From Camelus dromedarius (lineage: Eukaryota), in contig NC_087437.1 of NCBI RefSeq assembly GCF_036321535.1, forward strand, positions 37,016,001 through 37,080,000: a stretch of 64,000 bases of DNA, given 5' to 3'. Every line of letters begins with the position of its first letter. Within the stretch, counting starts at the first letter, position 1. This document shows positions 46,251 through 60,539 of the stretch, piece by piece. The notes beneath the pieces are model-generated. The model did not search any database and was not told where the DNA came from. It worked only from the letters and a program-made list of their open reading frames with translations. Made by a program: the position numbers and the translations under genes.

Positions 46251-47909
46251 TACCTCTGAGGGAGGGAAAAGAGGAAGCAAAAGTTTTGGTGGACAAAAGT
46301 ATCAGTAATATGCTACAGACATGGTGGAGATATGGTCTACATTTTCCAGGATAAATTTTATTTCATGAAAAGTAACATGTATACATGTAAAAAATATACA
46401 TTCTAATTTCTGTATTTTAGTGGTTGTGTAAATAGATTTTGTCAGCACATTTAAATGACTTTTGGATCACAGAATACCATCATTGAAAAATGTGCTTGTC
46501 CTCATTTTACAGGTATCCTTGCTATCACAAGTTAAAACTTCTCTACTGGCATACATAGCTTATACTTAGCTAATTTGTTTTTCTTATAATGCTGAAAAAA
46601 ATAACCTATAAGACATTAACTGCTAACCTGTTTGGTAATCCATGGTGAAGAAAGCTTATGTACTGGGTCCTAGGGAGAGTTCAAATACTTCTCTTTCCCT
46701 TGAAGAAACTATTTTAATCCAGGAGGTGTAAATTAAAAACACAGCTTGCAATAACCAGTGACTCAAGTGTCACACTTATATGGATACATTAGATATAGTC
46801 TATTACATCTGAATATATTTGGAAAAAATGTATATATGTATACACGCATATATATGTATGTATGTGTATTTATAAGATGCCTTAGATTCCACCCCAATTA
46901 TGTACATTTATGTATATATTTTTCTTTTAATTTTGTAGATAAGGAAATCAAGACTTAAAGCTGAATTGACTTCTATCAGCACTTTGATTTTCAGTAATTA
47001 TATCCCATAGTGAGAGTGTACAATGGATTCAATATTTGCCAAGTAAATTAAGTATTTTTAGTCCATATTATACACACACACACATACACGCACACACAAG
47101 TATAATAGAAAATTAGAAATCACTGCAGATCTAGCTATATCTGACTACTGTGAATTTAGTATCTGTAGTATATAATTGTTAATAGCATTCATTTTTAGAA
47201 TTAAATTTGTCAGAGAGATAACCCTGTCTCTATAACGTTGAACAAGTTACTTCTCTAAATTTCCTCACTGACATTAACTGATAGTAAGAAACTTTGTTGG
47301 TGTTAGCCATCTTTGTTAAGGTCTCAGATATCTTCACTTCATACAAAATTTTACACTATGGATACTTACTACACTACCAATGTACTAATCACATAGTTCA
47401 TGTGATTATATATAGTATAATTCTGTAGTACACTGTTTAAGTGTATATATGTGTGGATGGATGGATGGATAGATAGATAAAATCATGCACTCTTAGGATA
47501 TAAGAGCAGGAAGGGAGGGGAACTGCAATTCATTTAGTACAAGACTCTCAATTCAAGGATTTAAAAAATGATATACATAAAATAAGGTTAAAGTCACAAG
47601 AAAATGTAGAGGCAGATATGGGTATAAAACAGAAGTTTCATGAATCCCATTATATTATGTAATATTCCTTAATATAAAAATTTAAAATAAGTAATATCTA
47701 TACCCCTAAATATTACAGGCATTCTTTTAAGAGATCTCACCTTTTTCATACACTTTTTTAAATATAATAAGAAATCTGAAGGATTCACTAGCTAGTAAAT
47801 TAGGAATAATCTATATATATGGTAGTCACTATAAACGTTATGTTCAAGAGAAAATATTTAACTGCTTATTTGAAATCTCTAGAATTAGATTTAATATGTT
47901 AGGTTCTCC

Positions 47910-48775
47910 AATTCAAATATACCCTTTACTCCAGACTCAGGTGTTTCTCACCTCAGTGAATGAATGGAGTAATATTACCATCCATCCAGATGGTCCATGG
48001 TAGGAATCTAGGAATTCTTTCTCCCTTTCCCCTACTCTTCTTTGCTAATCCATGAACAAATCCTGTTTATTTACTCTTCACTGACATCTTAGTCTAGGCC
48101 ACTATTATCTTTTGTCGGACTAGTGAAACAGCATTCTAATTTTCCTCTTTTGTCTTCCTTCAGTCCATTCTATACTTACTGGCAAAGAAACCTTTGAATA
48201 TAAACTGGATTATGTAATTCACTTACTTTAAATCCTTCACTAGCATCCCACTGCCCTCAAAGTAAAATCTAACAATCTTTCTGTAATATACAAGTCCCCA
48301 AATAAATGTTCTTCCTAGTCCTTCAGTTTTGTGTCTTCTATCTTTTTAGGCAATTAAACCACAGGCACACTGATACTCTGTTTCTTAAACACGTCAAACT
48401 CAAAACTCTTTCTCAACTCATGGCTTCTTCATATGATGTTCCTTTTGCTTGGAATGCTCTTTCCCCCATTCTTTGCATCATTAGCTCTTCTCCATTTCAA
48501 GCCCAATTTCTAACTATGAATTTCTATGAAGCCTGTCTAACCATAATATAGCACAATCTTTTATCCCCACAGTTCTCTCTCTCTCTTTTTGCTTCATTTC
48601 ATAGCCCATCATAACTTGAATATAATTTATTTTTCATTTTTTGCTTGTCCTTAATACGTCCATCCCATTTAACAATTCACAAAACACAGCAGAAGGTGTC
48701 TCACTTGGTTATTACTATTTTCTCTGTAGTTAATATGGTGCCTGGCACATGATAGGTTCTCAGTAAACATCTATT
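47910..48775 (+). mobile_element. L2 3' fragment
   Basis: ctagtctaggccactatt-like motif, tgttccttttgcttggaatgctct, and the 3' end gtgcctggcacatgataggttctcagtaaacat. Confidence 0.85.
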
Positions 48776-49064
48776 TATACAGGAATTATGTTTCAGTCAG
48801 ATTAGGTATCTGATTTTTGCTATGAAAACGTCCTTTAAAACAAAATAGAAAGTATTCAGCTCCTATAAAAATATATTACAATTCTAGATGTTCTGCAGAA
48901 ATTAACTTAATCCTCTAAATTACAAAGGTTCATAATACATTCTTTACAGAGATTCAAAGCACAGAGTTGACTGATGGAAGAAGCATTTGTTGAGAGTTCT
49001 TTGGGTTTCCACTGTTTGAAAGTTCATTTATGCCTGTCTACATTCATTTTCAGTATAATATGTA

Positions 49065-49315
49065 TATTATTATTCCCCATTTGGAGACAGAGAAAGTGAA
49101 CTTCTGAGTAGTTTATAAAAATTCCCCAAATCATTGTTACTCATGAGTTGGAAAAAATGGAACTTGGACTTAAGTCTACCTGACATAATGGTTCATTAAT
49201 TTCCCTGATATATTTTTCTGAAATATATATATATTTGCCTGGAGCTGCAAGAATTAGCAAGGGATTTAGGCCCAAGCTCTATAACTTCAAACCATGTAGT
49301 CACTCCATTGTAATT
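49065..49315 (-). mobile_element. MIR fragments
   Basis: attattccccatttggagacagagaaagtga core; gggatttaggcccaagctct. Confidence 0.6.
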
Positions 49316-49343
49316 AAGCTGCCTTATTTACACCAAGTCTATA

Positions 49344-49778
49344 CTGGGACACCTCAGAGATACTGCAGGCTCAGTTCCAGACCACTGCAGTCAAGTATCA
49401 CAATAAAGTTAGTCCCACAACTTTTTTGGTTTCTCAGTGCATATAAAAGTTGTATTTACTCTATACTGTAGTCTAGTATCAGTTCATAATGTTTCATAAA
49501 AAAATACATATACCTTAATTAAAAAATACTTCATTGCTAAAAAATGCTAACCGTCACCTGAGTCTTCAGCAATTCTAAACTTCTTGCTACTGGAGGGCTT
49601 CAATTACTGTGAAAACTACCAAAATGTAACACAGAGACATGAAGTGAACAAACACTCTTATTAGCAAAATGATGCCTACAGACTTGCTCAACACAGCTGC
49701 CACAAGCCTTTAATCTTTAAAAAATGCAGTATCTACAAAGTGCAGTAAAGTGAAGCACAATAAAGTGAGGTATGACTG
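49344..49778 (-). mobile_element. Internally deleted Tigger1 (Tigger1a-type), both ends retained
   Basis: TA TSDs at 49342-43 and 49779-80; the right end is the reverse complement of the Tigger1 start (CAGnCATACCTC..TTTATTG); left end cctcagagatactgcaggctcagttccagaccac. Confidence 0.9.
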
Positions 49779-50849
49779 TAATTTGAGTACCAGTAATGAT
49801 TCATATGTAAACATACTACATATTTATCTTTTATATTAAATTGAAAATTAAGTAGTTGCAAAATTATTAACATTTTGGAAGATGTAATAGTCCTAAAGGA
49901 TTCAGGACCCAAGGATGACAAATGACAACAAAGTAATTAAAATAAGTATCAAATAAATGCGCTCATTAAATGTATCTTCTGTGAATATGTTGGTCCCAAC
50001 AGTGTACTACTAGAGATGGAAGAAAAGAGACCCATGGGTTTATATGATAAATATCTCATCAAACTAAAACTAAAGGATATGGATTTAATTACTAGCATTC
50101 CTACATTCATCCTTTTCTATAATATGTAAAGGAGTCATCAAGATAAGCTACATTTATAAATCCTAGAAAAGAGATTTCTCTCTAAGTGATAGTGCAATAA
50201 TAGTCTGTAAAGGAAATACTCAAACTAGTTCTGGAATATTAAAATCCCAATACTCATGCCATTAAAGAGAATCATTTATACATATTTGCCAAAAGCACAT
50301 TAGCGATTGAAGAAATGCCACGTGTAAAAGTAAAAGCTGATAAAGCAACAACAAAGTATTTGATGGAAGCACTTTTTAAAAACTGTATAATCATCGTTAT
50401 TCTGAGGAATCTCAAATGGCCTAAGAGAATTATCAAATGTTATCTTTTTCAATGTCTGTACTTTTGATACTTACTTATTCATTAAGATAAAAAAGTAATT
50501 TTTATAACATGTAAGACTTCCTACTGCTATATTTTAGCTATTTTAAAGAAATGTCTCAATTTCCTTAAGAAAATATAAGTCCTTAAAATTTATGATTTTG
50601 ATAGTTTTCTGCAGTACAAATGATAAAATTTCTATTTGTATTAGTTTTGTTTCTACATGAAAGTCACAAAGTAATTTTTCTCTCTCCTTTGGTAATTTTC
50701 TGCATAAATATAAATATGTATATGTCAGATTATGAAGTTATTTTATGTCAAACTATTTTAAGGTAGCATATGATATACACTATGCTCAAAGAGTTTCTTA
50801 TTGATAGAAATTAAAGAAAATGTAGTGCTTCACTGACATGCATATCTGT

Positions 50850-52510
50850 TGTTTCTTTTATCAGTTCCTGATACAAGAAGGCAAATGTCAAAAATGGAAA
50901 ATCCGATAGTTACACTTTCATTTTATTTTCAGCACTGACATAATGAGACCTATAAGGCCCAATCATTCTTGTGTCGTGAAACTCTCGGTAATATAAGCAG
51001 ACAAAAATCACCTACTGTCTATCTCAAAGCTGCATCAATGCTTCATCATAAACACATGATTTGTTTTTCAAATGTTAGAACTTAAAAAATAATCTTGATT
51101 GTGTCACCAACATAAAAACCTTGAACAGAAGGGTAAAACTGCTTTCTACATTTCAAAGCAGAAGAAAACATTAATTGACTTAGAGAAAAGAAATTTTGAA
51201 TCTCATGTATGTTTTGTTATCTTAGAATAGAGTCATCGCTTCAGTGATTCCACCAATGGCATTGTTCACTTCAAAACAGATACCATTTCTTTTAAAATTT
51301 TGAAGTAGTTCCTGGCAGCCACTAGATCTGCCTTTCATATACAACTAGATGAAACAACTGATGTCTGACATTGCAGCTGGATTTGGGTTTTGGCCTCTTT
51401 TTGGTCCACTGCATCACATGAGGCGGGAAATCCTACTGTTAACAGCTATTCATACAAATGTTAAAGGACATCTGAGTCTTCAAAATAGTGAACTATGTCT
51501 TTGGCAGGAAAAATTTCAAAGGCAAAGTAAATCTTGATATTCTTTGTAAAGGTTGAGCATCGCTATTGCTTGGGAATACCTGAATTTTGCTGCTTGGATC
51601 AGAAAGAATCTTTGTACATGACTGGGACTCATTGTTTTCTTTATGGGAATTTGCTGGTGTCAAAGACTCAAAAATACTGAACAGATTATTGTCTGTTTCA
51701 TCTTAGCTAAGACTTTGAACCATGCTGTTTCAAGACGTTTTGTTAAGCAATGTAAGCAGAACAGGTACCTGTAGGTTAGAGAGATGACTGCCGGATTTCA
51801 GGGTTCGTGCTGGAGCACTTCTGACTCAACTTTTGCACAGATATTTTATCTTTTTTGAGTAAAAGGAAATCTCAGGTTAGAAAATTAAACATTTGGTACT
51901 AGAATATTTCATGTCAAATGGATACCTGACATTTAAATTAATTGGAAGGTATTTCTATTGATATAACAAGTTACATCTTTCAATCCAAGATCTTAAAAGT
52001 CACCATTGTAAGTTCTGCCATTCTGGAATAAGGGCCCGATCATCAATGAACATCTTCCAGTGCTGAGGGAAATACTTTTGCTGGCTGGATTTGAAAAAGA
52101 TAAATGCTTGTCCATTTCTCTGAAAACAGAAAACTTGCAGAAGTGGAGACACTACAGAATTCTTGGCAAACTTCAAAAACATATCTGGTTGTATAATTTT
52201 TAATATATTGTTGAAAGAGATAAAGAATTTTCATATCTCGCCAGGGATAATCTCATTGATTTGAAACAGTAAATAAATAATAAAACAGAGGGTCCTATTC
52301 AACATTCTCAGAGAACTTTGGTGTTTCTGGACAAGAGATCACACTAATCTACTAAACAACTAATGGAGTTATAACTTCTTTGCAATTGGATAACTGTGAA
52401 TCTCCATTTCAATAACTACTGGAAAAACATTTAAGAGTTTAAAATTAATCAGACATCAAAGATAACTTGTCCTTTTTATTAACATTTTTAATCCTCACAA
52501 CTGTAAAAGT
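50850..52510 (+). pseudogene. hAT-Charlie transposase fossil
   Basis: FHIQLDETTDV (51333-51365, first catalytic Asp region); THCFLYGNLLVSKT (51627-51668, CxxH region); CESPF (52395-52409, dimerisation-domain LCExxFS-like). Motifs collinear; many stops and frameshifts; ends not resolved. Confidence 0.78.
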
Positions 52511-52581
52511 TACACTGGGATAAAAATCCCATTTTCTTAAAATCTGAGATTTAAATAATAGATGTCAAAATTATATAGCTT

Positions 52582-53000
52582 TGTAAAGGCTGGTGGGTGT
52601 CCATTGAATTCTGTTCTCTCCTTCCTATTGGGAACACAGATTTCATATCACAGGCTTCCTTACAATCTAATTTGACTGAATTCCAAGCAATGAATGGAAA
52701 TTACGTATGCAAATTCCATAAAACTTCCCATCCCTGGTTCTCCATATTCTTATCCTCATTCAGCTGGCTTGAATGGGAATGCCCAACATGGTTCTCCACC
52801 TACATTTCAGAGATTAAATAGAGTCTCCATCATCTTAGGTCACTGAATCACTTCGAGCAGAGCCTACTACCCCAGCCTCCACCTTGTACCTAGCCCAGCC
52901 AATCTGAAACCATCTTGACTCTTATGAGCAAAGAATAAATATTTACTATATTAAGCCATCATTTAAGCTGATTAAGAACAATTCAGTGCTTTCTAATACA
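52582..53000 (+). mobile_element. MaLR 5' LTR (MLT1J-like)
   Basis: tgtaaagg...ctaataca; aataaa ~52934; taggtcactgaatcac..gagcagagcc. Confidence 0.75.
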
Positions 53001-54073
53001 CCCATTAGTACCCTATAGTAAAGTAATTCTCTAACCAAAAACTAAAATATATGGCATTGAATTAGCAATCTGACAGTTGGGATTAAAGGATATTGCCAAT
53101 TTGAAAAACTGAGAGCTATGTTATGGTGTGGCAGAATATTTGGTAAAAAGGTCACCTGTTAAAAGATGGAAGACAGATCATGAACCACTCCTATATCTCC
53201 ACACTAAGGAGTTGGAAAATGCTAGAATATCTATTTGTATCTACAATTACTTGTTGTTTTTAGCAGGTTATTACAGAAAAATAAATGAGCTCAGAAATAA
53301 ATGGCTTATTCCTAAGCAGGGAATAAGGAACACAACAGTACTGTAGAAGCCAAGTGCTTCTAGACCATAAACAGTAGAAAGTAGGATTAAAATGTGTTTA
53401 GAAAGACAAAGGATCAACACCTCTCAATTAACAAAGACTCAGCCTTTTTGGCAAAACCAGATTAAGGGTGTTGCTACCTAACAAATCTATTGTTTCAGAT
53501 GGATTTAGCATAGACAACATCAAATAGGGCTGGTGAGGGAATAAAGCAGATTTAAGAATTACATAGTAAAGGATCTGGGTTGTGGTTATTTGGCACAGCA
53601 AATATCCAAATATCATGTCTTGATTCTAACTGTCCTTTTTTTCATATTTTAACATATATGAAATAGAGAATTATCATAAAATTGATAGGTTTTATAATTA
53701 CTAAAATAATATGGGTATAAACAGTAGGAAGCTCTTTAAACAGCTCGAAGTGTTTTTTGGGTTTTTGTTTGCTTTTTTATAGAGGGAGAGAGAAGTGGTA
53801 AATAAACATTCCTAAAGTGGGAGGTGTAGACTAGCTGCACTTAAATATAAAGAACCAGTACCAATGGATTTAAATTATTTCACAAATTTCATTTCCAGTG
53901 CTGCTTATAACACAGAGGATATCACTGTGTTGAAAAACATTACTATTTATGACTCTGAACAGAGAAATAGTTATAAAAGTTGAGCTCTGCATGTGAAGGC
54001 AAACAAAAGAATATTTTAACCTATGTGTTTGCTTATGTTTTCTTTTTCTTCATATGCACGGGAATGACAATAA

Positions 54074-54250
54074 CAATGGTTCTCAAAGTGCAATTCCTGA
54101 AACAGCTATATACACATCATCTGAGGCTTATTCACATCCTCAGGTCCCCCGAAACCTACTGAATCAAAAACTTGGGGTGGAACCCAGCAATCTATGTTCT
54201 AACAAGGTATCCAGGTGAGTCTGATAGAGGATAAAGTTTAAGAACCCATG
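54074..54250 (+). mobile_element. MER5A hAT-Charlie MITE
   Basis: caatggttctcaaagtg...acctactgaatcaaaaact...ccaggtgagtctgat...aaagtttaagaaccc. Confidence 0.88.
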
Positions 54251-54803
54251 AACTAGGATTAAATATCTATGTCTAAGACCAAAAGGTCTCTTTCAGAGCA
54301 TGTCAAGTAAGCATTTAGAGTGATAAGTAAACTATGGCACATATAATTATGATGTGAAAAAAGATGTATTTGAGGAAATGTGGTAGTGCTGAAGTGTTAA
54401 ACATCTACTGGAAAGTTTTTTTTACAAAAGAAATCATGAGTCTGGCCTCAGGAAGGATTCAACTCTGAGCCAGGCAGTAACCCTTGAGCCACAAACTTAT
54501 AGCAGCAGAAAATAGGGCTATTAAAGCTGCACAATACTAATGGAGGACATACTTGCCATAATCCTGATCAGCTGTGGCCATGGTGGATAAGAAGTAAGAA
54601 AGGACTTTCCACAGGCTGGAGCTAGGGGCCATGGAAAATGAATGGAAGTTCACCCCTGAGACTAGATCCACTGCCAGTAAAGGAGTCTTCACAGTGCTAA
54701 CTCAAGAAGACACCATCACTCCTATGGAACAATAGCCACACTGCTTTTCTCTTCTTCTGAACAGGTTTGTAATGTAAGTATCTGTTCTCTCTGCCACAAT
54801 TAT

Positions 54804-54804
<1 letters not shown>

Positions 54805-54841
<37 letters not shown>

Positions 54842-54858
54842 CGCGCACACACACGTGC
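54805..54858. repeat. (TG)n(CG)(CA)n alternating purine-pyrimidine tract
   Basis: Seen directly. Confidence 0.9.
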
Positions 54859-55065
54859 TTGTAGTTGGAGGAACAAGAGATAATCATTTATAAGTGTATA
54901 AATTACTGGATTATAAGAATATGTATCTAGACCACAAAGCGTGAACTTTGATCTTGATGCAGTAGCTGGATGGGGATTTAGGTTGCCATGCTTTGGGAGG
55001 GACTGAATGGGTTCTACATGTGGGGAAAAGGGTGACATGGATATCTGATAGAAAAGATGTCAGAC

Positions 55066-55449
55066 TGTGATAAAGAGTGCTCACTGGCCTTTAAATCCAT
55101 CCTGCCCTTTCCCTTGACAAATAGCTTACTACTTTTTCTGCATTCTCTTGCATTTAGGTGTTGCCATGTGACTAAGTTCTAGCCAATGGGATGTGAACAA
55201 AATCATTGTGCAACTTTCAGACCACACCATTTTCCTCCTCTGCAGGTGACTGGAATTACAATGCTTATGGTTATCTTGGAAGCCACATGCTAAAGACTGC
55301 AGAATAGCCTGGGTCCTTCAACACCTTCATGGAACAGAGCACACCCATCACAACTAGTCCTCATCTCCATATAGATCTGGAATCTATCTACACTGCTATG
55401 AGCAAAAAATATGTGTGTATTGTGTTGAGTTATAATATTTTGTGGCTGT
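55066..55449 (+). mobile_element. MaLR 3' LTR (MLT1J-like); its last ~30 bp are displaced to ~58077-58105 by the L1
   Basis: gccatgtgactaagttctagccaatgggatgtga; cttggaagccacatg; gcctgggtcc..catggaacagagc. Confidence 0.85.
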
Positions 55450-58064
55450 CACCATCACCCCGATACCAAAACCAGACAAAGACACTACCAAAGAAGAAAA
55501 TTACAGACCAATATCACTGATGAACATAGATGCAAAAACCCTCAACAAAATATTAGCATACAAAATCCAACAGCACATAAAAAAGATCATATACCATGAT
55601 CAAATTGGGTTCATCCCAGGAACACAAGGATGTTTCAACATACACAAATCGGTCAACATAATACACCATATCAACAAGAGAAAGAACAAAACCCATATGA
55701 TTATCTCGATAGATGCAGAAAAAGCATGTGATAAAATTCAGCACCCATTTATGATAAAACATCTCACCAAAGTGGGTATAGAGGGAACATATCTGAACAT
55801 AATAAAAGCTATTTATGACAAACCTACAGCCAGCATAGTATTCAACAGTGAAAAACTGAAAAACTTCCAACTAAAATCTGGGACAAAACAAGGCTGTCTA
55901 CTCTCACCACTCCTATTCAACATAGTCTTGGAAGTCCTAGCCACAGAAATCAGGCAAGAAAAATAAATAAAAGGGATCCAAATTGGAAAAGAAGAGGTAA
56001 ATTATCACTATATGCAGATGACATGATACTATGTATAGAAAACCCTATAAGTTCCACATAAAAAACTATTTGAATTAGAAGAATTCAGCAAGACAGCAGG
56101 ATACAAGATTAATGTACAAAAATCAGTTGTATTTCTCTACACTAATGATGAATCAACAGGAAAAGAAAGTAAAGAAACAATCCTTTTAAAGTAGCACCTA
56201 TAGCAATAAAATACCTAGGAATAAATCTAACCAAAGCGGTGAAAGACTTATACATGGAGAACTACAAAACATTCATTAAGGAAACTGAAGACTTAAAAAA
56301 ATGGAAAGATATCCCATGCTCCTGGATTAGAAGAATCAATATCGTTAAAATGGTCATGCTGCCTAAGGCAATCTACAGATTTAATGCAATCTCTATCAAA
56401 TTACCCAGGACCTATTTCACAGAACTAGAACAAATCATAATAAAATCTGTATGGAATCACCAAAGACCCAGAATTGCCAAAGCATTACTGAAGAAACAGA
56501 GCGGCTGGAGTAATAACCCTCCCAGACTTCAGACAATACTACAGAGCTACAGTAATCAAAACAGCATGGTATTGGTATAAAAACAGACATATGGATCAAC
56601 GGAACAGAATAGAGAGCCTGGAAGTGAACCCACAAACTTTTGGTCAATTAATCTTAGACAAAGGAGGCAAGAACATACAATGGAATAAAGGCAGTCTCTT
56701 CAGCAAATGCTGCTGGGAAAACTGGACAGCAGCATGTAAATCAATGAAGCAAGAATATTCCCTCACACCATACACAAAAATAAACTCAAAATGGATTAAA
56801 GACTTAAACATAAGACAAGACACAATAAACCTCCTAGAAGAAAACAGGCAAAACATCTCATATACATCTCAGCAATGTTCTCTTAGGGCAGTCTACCCAA
56901 GAAAAAGAAATAAAAGAAAAAATAAACAAATTGGACCTAATTAAACTTACAAACCTTTGCACAGCAAAGGAAACCATAAGCAAAACAAAATGACAACCTA
57001 CAGAATGGGAGAAAATACTTGCAAAAGATGAAACAGACAAAGGCTTGATCTCCAGAATATATAAACAGCTCATACAACTTAATGAGAAGAAAACAAACAA
57101 CCCAATCCAAAAATGGGCAGAAGACCTAAACAAGCAATTCTCCAAGGAAGACATATGAATGACCAATAGACAGATGAATGAACAATGACCATATGAATAA
57201 CCAATATCACTAATTATCAGAGAAATGCAAATCAAAACTACAATGAGGTATCACCTTACACCAGTCAGAATGGCCATCATTCAAAAGTCCACAAATGATA
57301 AATGCTGGAGAGGGTGTGGAGAAAAGGGAACCCTTCTACACTGTTGGTGGGAATGCAGTTTGGTGCAGCCATTATGGAAAACAGTATGGAGATTCCTCAA
57401 AAGACTAAAAATAGACTTACCATATAACACAGCCATCCCACTCCTGGACATATATCCAGAAAGAACCCTAATTCAAAAAGACATCTGCACCCCACTGTTC
57501 ATAGCAGCACTATTTACAATAGCCAAGACATAAACAACCTAAATGTCCATTGACAGATGACTGGATAAAGAAGTTGTGGTATCTTTATAGAATGGAATAC
57601 TATTCAGCCATAAAAATGACAACATAATGCCATTTGCAGCAACATGGATGTTCCTGGAGAATGTTATTCTAAGTGAAGTTAGCCATAAAGAGAAAGAAAA
57701 ACAACATATGATATCACTCATATGTGGAATCTTAAAAAAAAAAAAAAAAGACAAACGAATTTAAATATAAAACAGAAACAGACTCACAGACACAGAATAC
57801 AAACTTGTGGTTGCCAAAGGGGAGGGAGTTGGGAAGGGACAGACTGGGAGTTCAAGATATATAGATACTGACAGGTATATATAGAATAGATAAACAAGTT
57901 TATACTGTATAGCACAGGGAACTATATTCAAGATCTTATAGTAGCTCATGGTGAAAAAGAATATGAAAATGAATGTATGTATATTTATGTATGACTGAAA
58001 AATTATACTGTACACCAGAAACTGACACATTGTAAACTCACGATATAACTCAATAAAAAAAAAA
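55450..58064 (+). mobile_element. 5'-truncated LINE-1 (RT to 3' end), relatively young
   Basis: [28 protein letters not shown]...[14 protein letters not shown] (ORF 55442..55966); YADDM ~56010; [19 protein letters not shown]; poly(A). Imperfect TSD attttgtggctgt (55437-55449) / attgttggctgt (58065-58076). Confidence 0.97.
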
Positions 58065-59256
58065 ATTGTTGGCTGTAAAAGCTGCTTACCTCACATACAA
58101 TAATAGAGCCTGTGTGTAATCACATATATAGTAATACAACAGTATATGGCTGAACTCAGGACCTCAGAAAATGATCTATACTTTCTCCCACTAAACCACT
58201 CAATTTATCATAACTTTAAAGAAGTAAAAACCACAACATAAATGTTATTACTGACATGTACTTTTATCCATGACTGAATTTAGCCCCTGCAGGTACATGG
58301 GTGTATATTTCTCTTTTTTTTCTGACCCAAAAGAAGATTAATGACACAATTGCTTCCTATTAAACTCTGAGGCTTTAGAAAACAATAAAAGCTGTTACCT
58401 TCAGGTAAAATCAGATGGTTGAGGGACCATAATAGTGAAGTTTAAGCCCAGTCCCCATTCATATGAGAAGCTTCTCCATAATCACATGCTACACAAAGAA
58501 TTTTAATCATTCATAATACACACTTATTACTAGATAGAACAAGAAATGAATTCATAAATTTTAGTCTTGCTCAAATAACGTGGAAACTTGTTCAATGGGC
58601 TAGGTGCTTTAGGGAACTCCGTATCTTTTCCAATCGTCTTTCTTCTAATCTGTGAAATGAGAAGGCTGGACTCATGATCAAGTTCCCAGGCACTCCAGTG
58701 ACCTAGAAGACCAGCATTTCTCACGACACTCAGTATGTTGCATCTCGTTACGTGCATTTGTGCAGGTTTATTATTTCTCCTAAATTCAATAAACAAAGTG
58801 CCTTTACCTGTTTCATCTTCATATCTGCCACAGACTCCATTTTAGCCCTTACCGCAAATGCTCAGTGAGTACTTGTGGAATGAATTAAATGGTTCTTTCT
58901 GCTGTCAAATCCTTTGCTGAATTCTGAGTAGGAATGTAGGTAAGCCAGCATGACTCTAACATCTACTACTTTAATTTTATAACTAATGATGGTAGTGATG
59001 AATTGTCTCTGAGAAACATATCATCTGTCTAGAATAGGCCAAAGCAGAATAATTCAGCTGGACTGTAAATACTTGCATGGGGCTCTTTACGATGTACTTT
59101 CCTACTTACATCTTTTTAGTATCTACTTTTCAAGAAGGACAATTGCTTTGACAAAAAGTAACTGAATACATATTTTATTTGCATTTTTACATTGTACAAG
59201 TAAAATATTCAAGAAGTCAGCTTCAGTATAAACTGAAGCACCCTTTAAAAAGTCCT

Positions 59257-59404
59257 TATAGCACAAGGAACTATATTCAATACCTTGTAATAATCTATAA
59301 TGGAAAAGAATCTGAAAAATAGGTCATATATCCAAATCACAATGCTGAATACCTGAAACTAACATGATATTGTAAATCAACTATACTTCCATTAAAAAAA
59401 AAAA
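59257..59404 (+). mobile_element. Short L1 3'-end insertion
   Basis: tatagcacaaggaactatattcaatacc...gtaaatcaactatacttc followed by poly(A); probable TSD aaaaagtcctt / aaaaatcctt. Confidence 0.85.
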
Positions 59405-60239
59405 TCCTTTTCTATCTAGCCACTGACCCAGAGATGTGATTATTCCTAGCCTATAGAAATGAATGCTTTTCCAATTAACCTGACTTTTATGGAGTGAAGT
59501 TGAAGACATCCCTAATTACATGTTAATTCAATAGCTTACATGATGCAAAAAAGACAATCATGATAGTAGCTAAAATTAATTAAACACACTCCAGAGATCC
59601 TTGGACAATTAAGCACAAGAAGATGGAAGGATGGTGGAGATACTGCATAGCAGAATGAAGTAGGGAATGCTACTTATTCCAACCACTATTAAAGCCCCAC
59701 TGGAAATCTTGTCAAAAGCTTGAGCTATAGGCCTTGGTAGCAACCACTGACCTGAGTTTCATTCAGCAGGGCATCTATAGCCTAGGGTTCGTGTATTCAG
59801 AATTCTAACCTAGAACATGATATACTAATAAAAACAAGGCGAATACAGATTAAATTCAGGAGTGGTAACTGAGATCCAGAAGAAGGAAAAAATATGAGCT
59901 TAATTTAGGAAAAAATGTGGAACTACACTGTTATATTTGTTAGAGAAATCACTTACACCTGCAAATCACTTATACGGCAATATACCCATCACAGAATCTA
60001 TTGCCAAATTAGAAGTTAACAATTCGATTTTTGAACTAATTTGCCTCCTTTCTGAAAAAACAAATTAACAAAATAATTCCTACATCCCATTTTCTTACTA
60101 GTGGTTATGTAAGTGTTTATATTGTTGCCCAGTGAAGCCCATCTGTATTCAAGTAACCATTTGAGTTTAAATTTTTAATATGTTTAACTTAACTTTCATA
60201 AACAGATAGCCATCTTTACCAAGTTAGTTTACAGTCACA

Positions 60240-60425
60240 GGATGCAATGGGAAATACAATATATTTTAGAGTTAAAGGACTTCGGTTCAAATCTAGCCCA
60301 ACAACTGTCTGTAACCTTATGCCAAGTTAATCACCCTTATCTGAAACTTGAAGGTGCTCTATTCTCTGGCCATATTAGACTATATGGTTAGTGCCAAACT
60401 TAATAGCTTAGAGTTAGCACTTAAA
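60240..60425 (+). mobile_element. MIR fragment
   Basis: ttagagttaaaggacttcggttcaaatctagc..ctgtaaccttatgccaagttaatcacc. Confidence 0.65.
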
Positions 60426-60539
60426 ATATTATTAATTTATTTGTGTTAACAGTAAGAGTTCATTCTATAGTTCATGAACCTTCTCTCTGTGTGAAATTAT
60501 GTTATACAAATACGGTATTATTTAAATTACCTGGGTTTT

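Larger units (their letters stand above)
53001..55065 (+). mobile_element. MLT1 internal sequence with later insertions
   Basis: Starts attagtacc directly after the LTR; tgttatggtgtggcagaatatttggtaaaa; ends with a purine-rich tract and cagac before the second LTR. Confidence 0.68.

Noticed and set aside
51349..51537. Domesticated ZBED-like gene
   Set aside because: The transposase motifs lie in different frames with many stops; it is a fossil.
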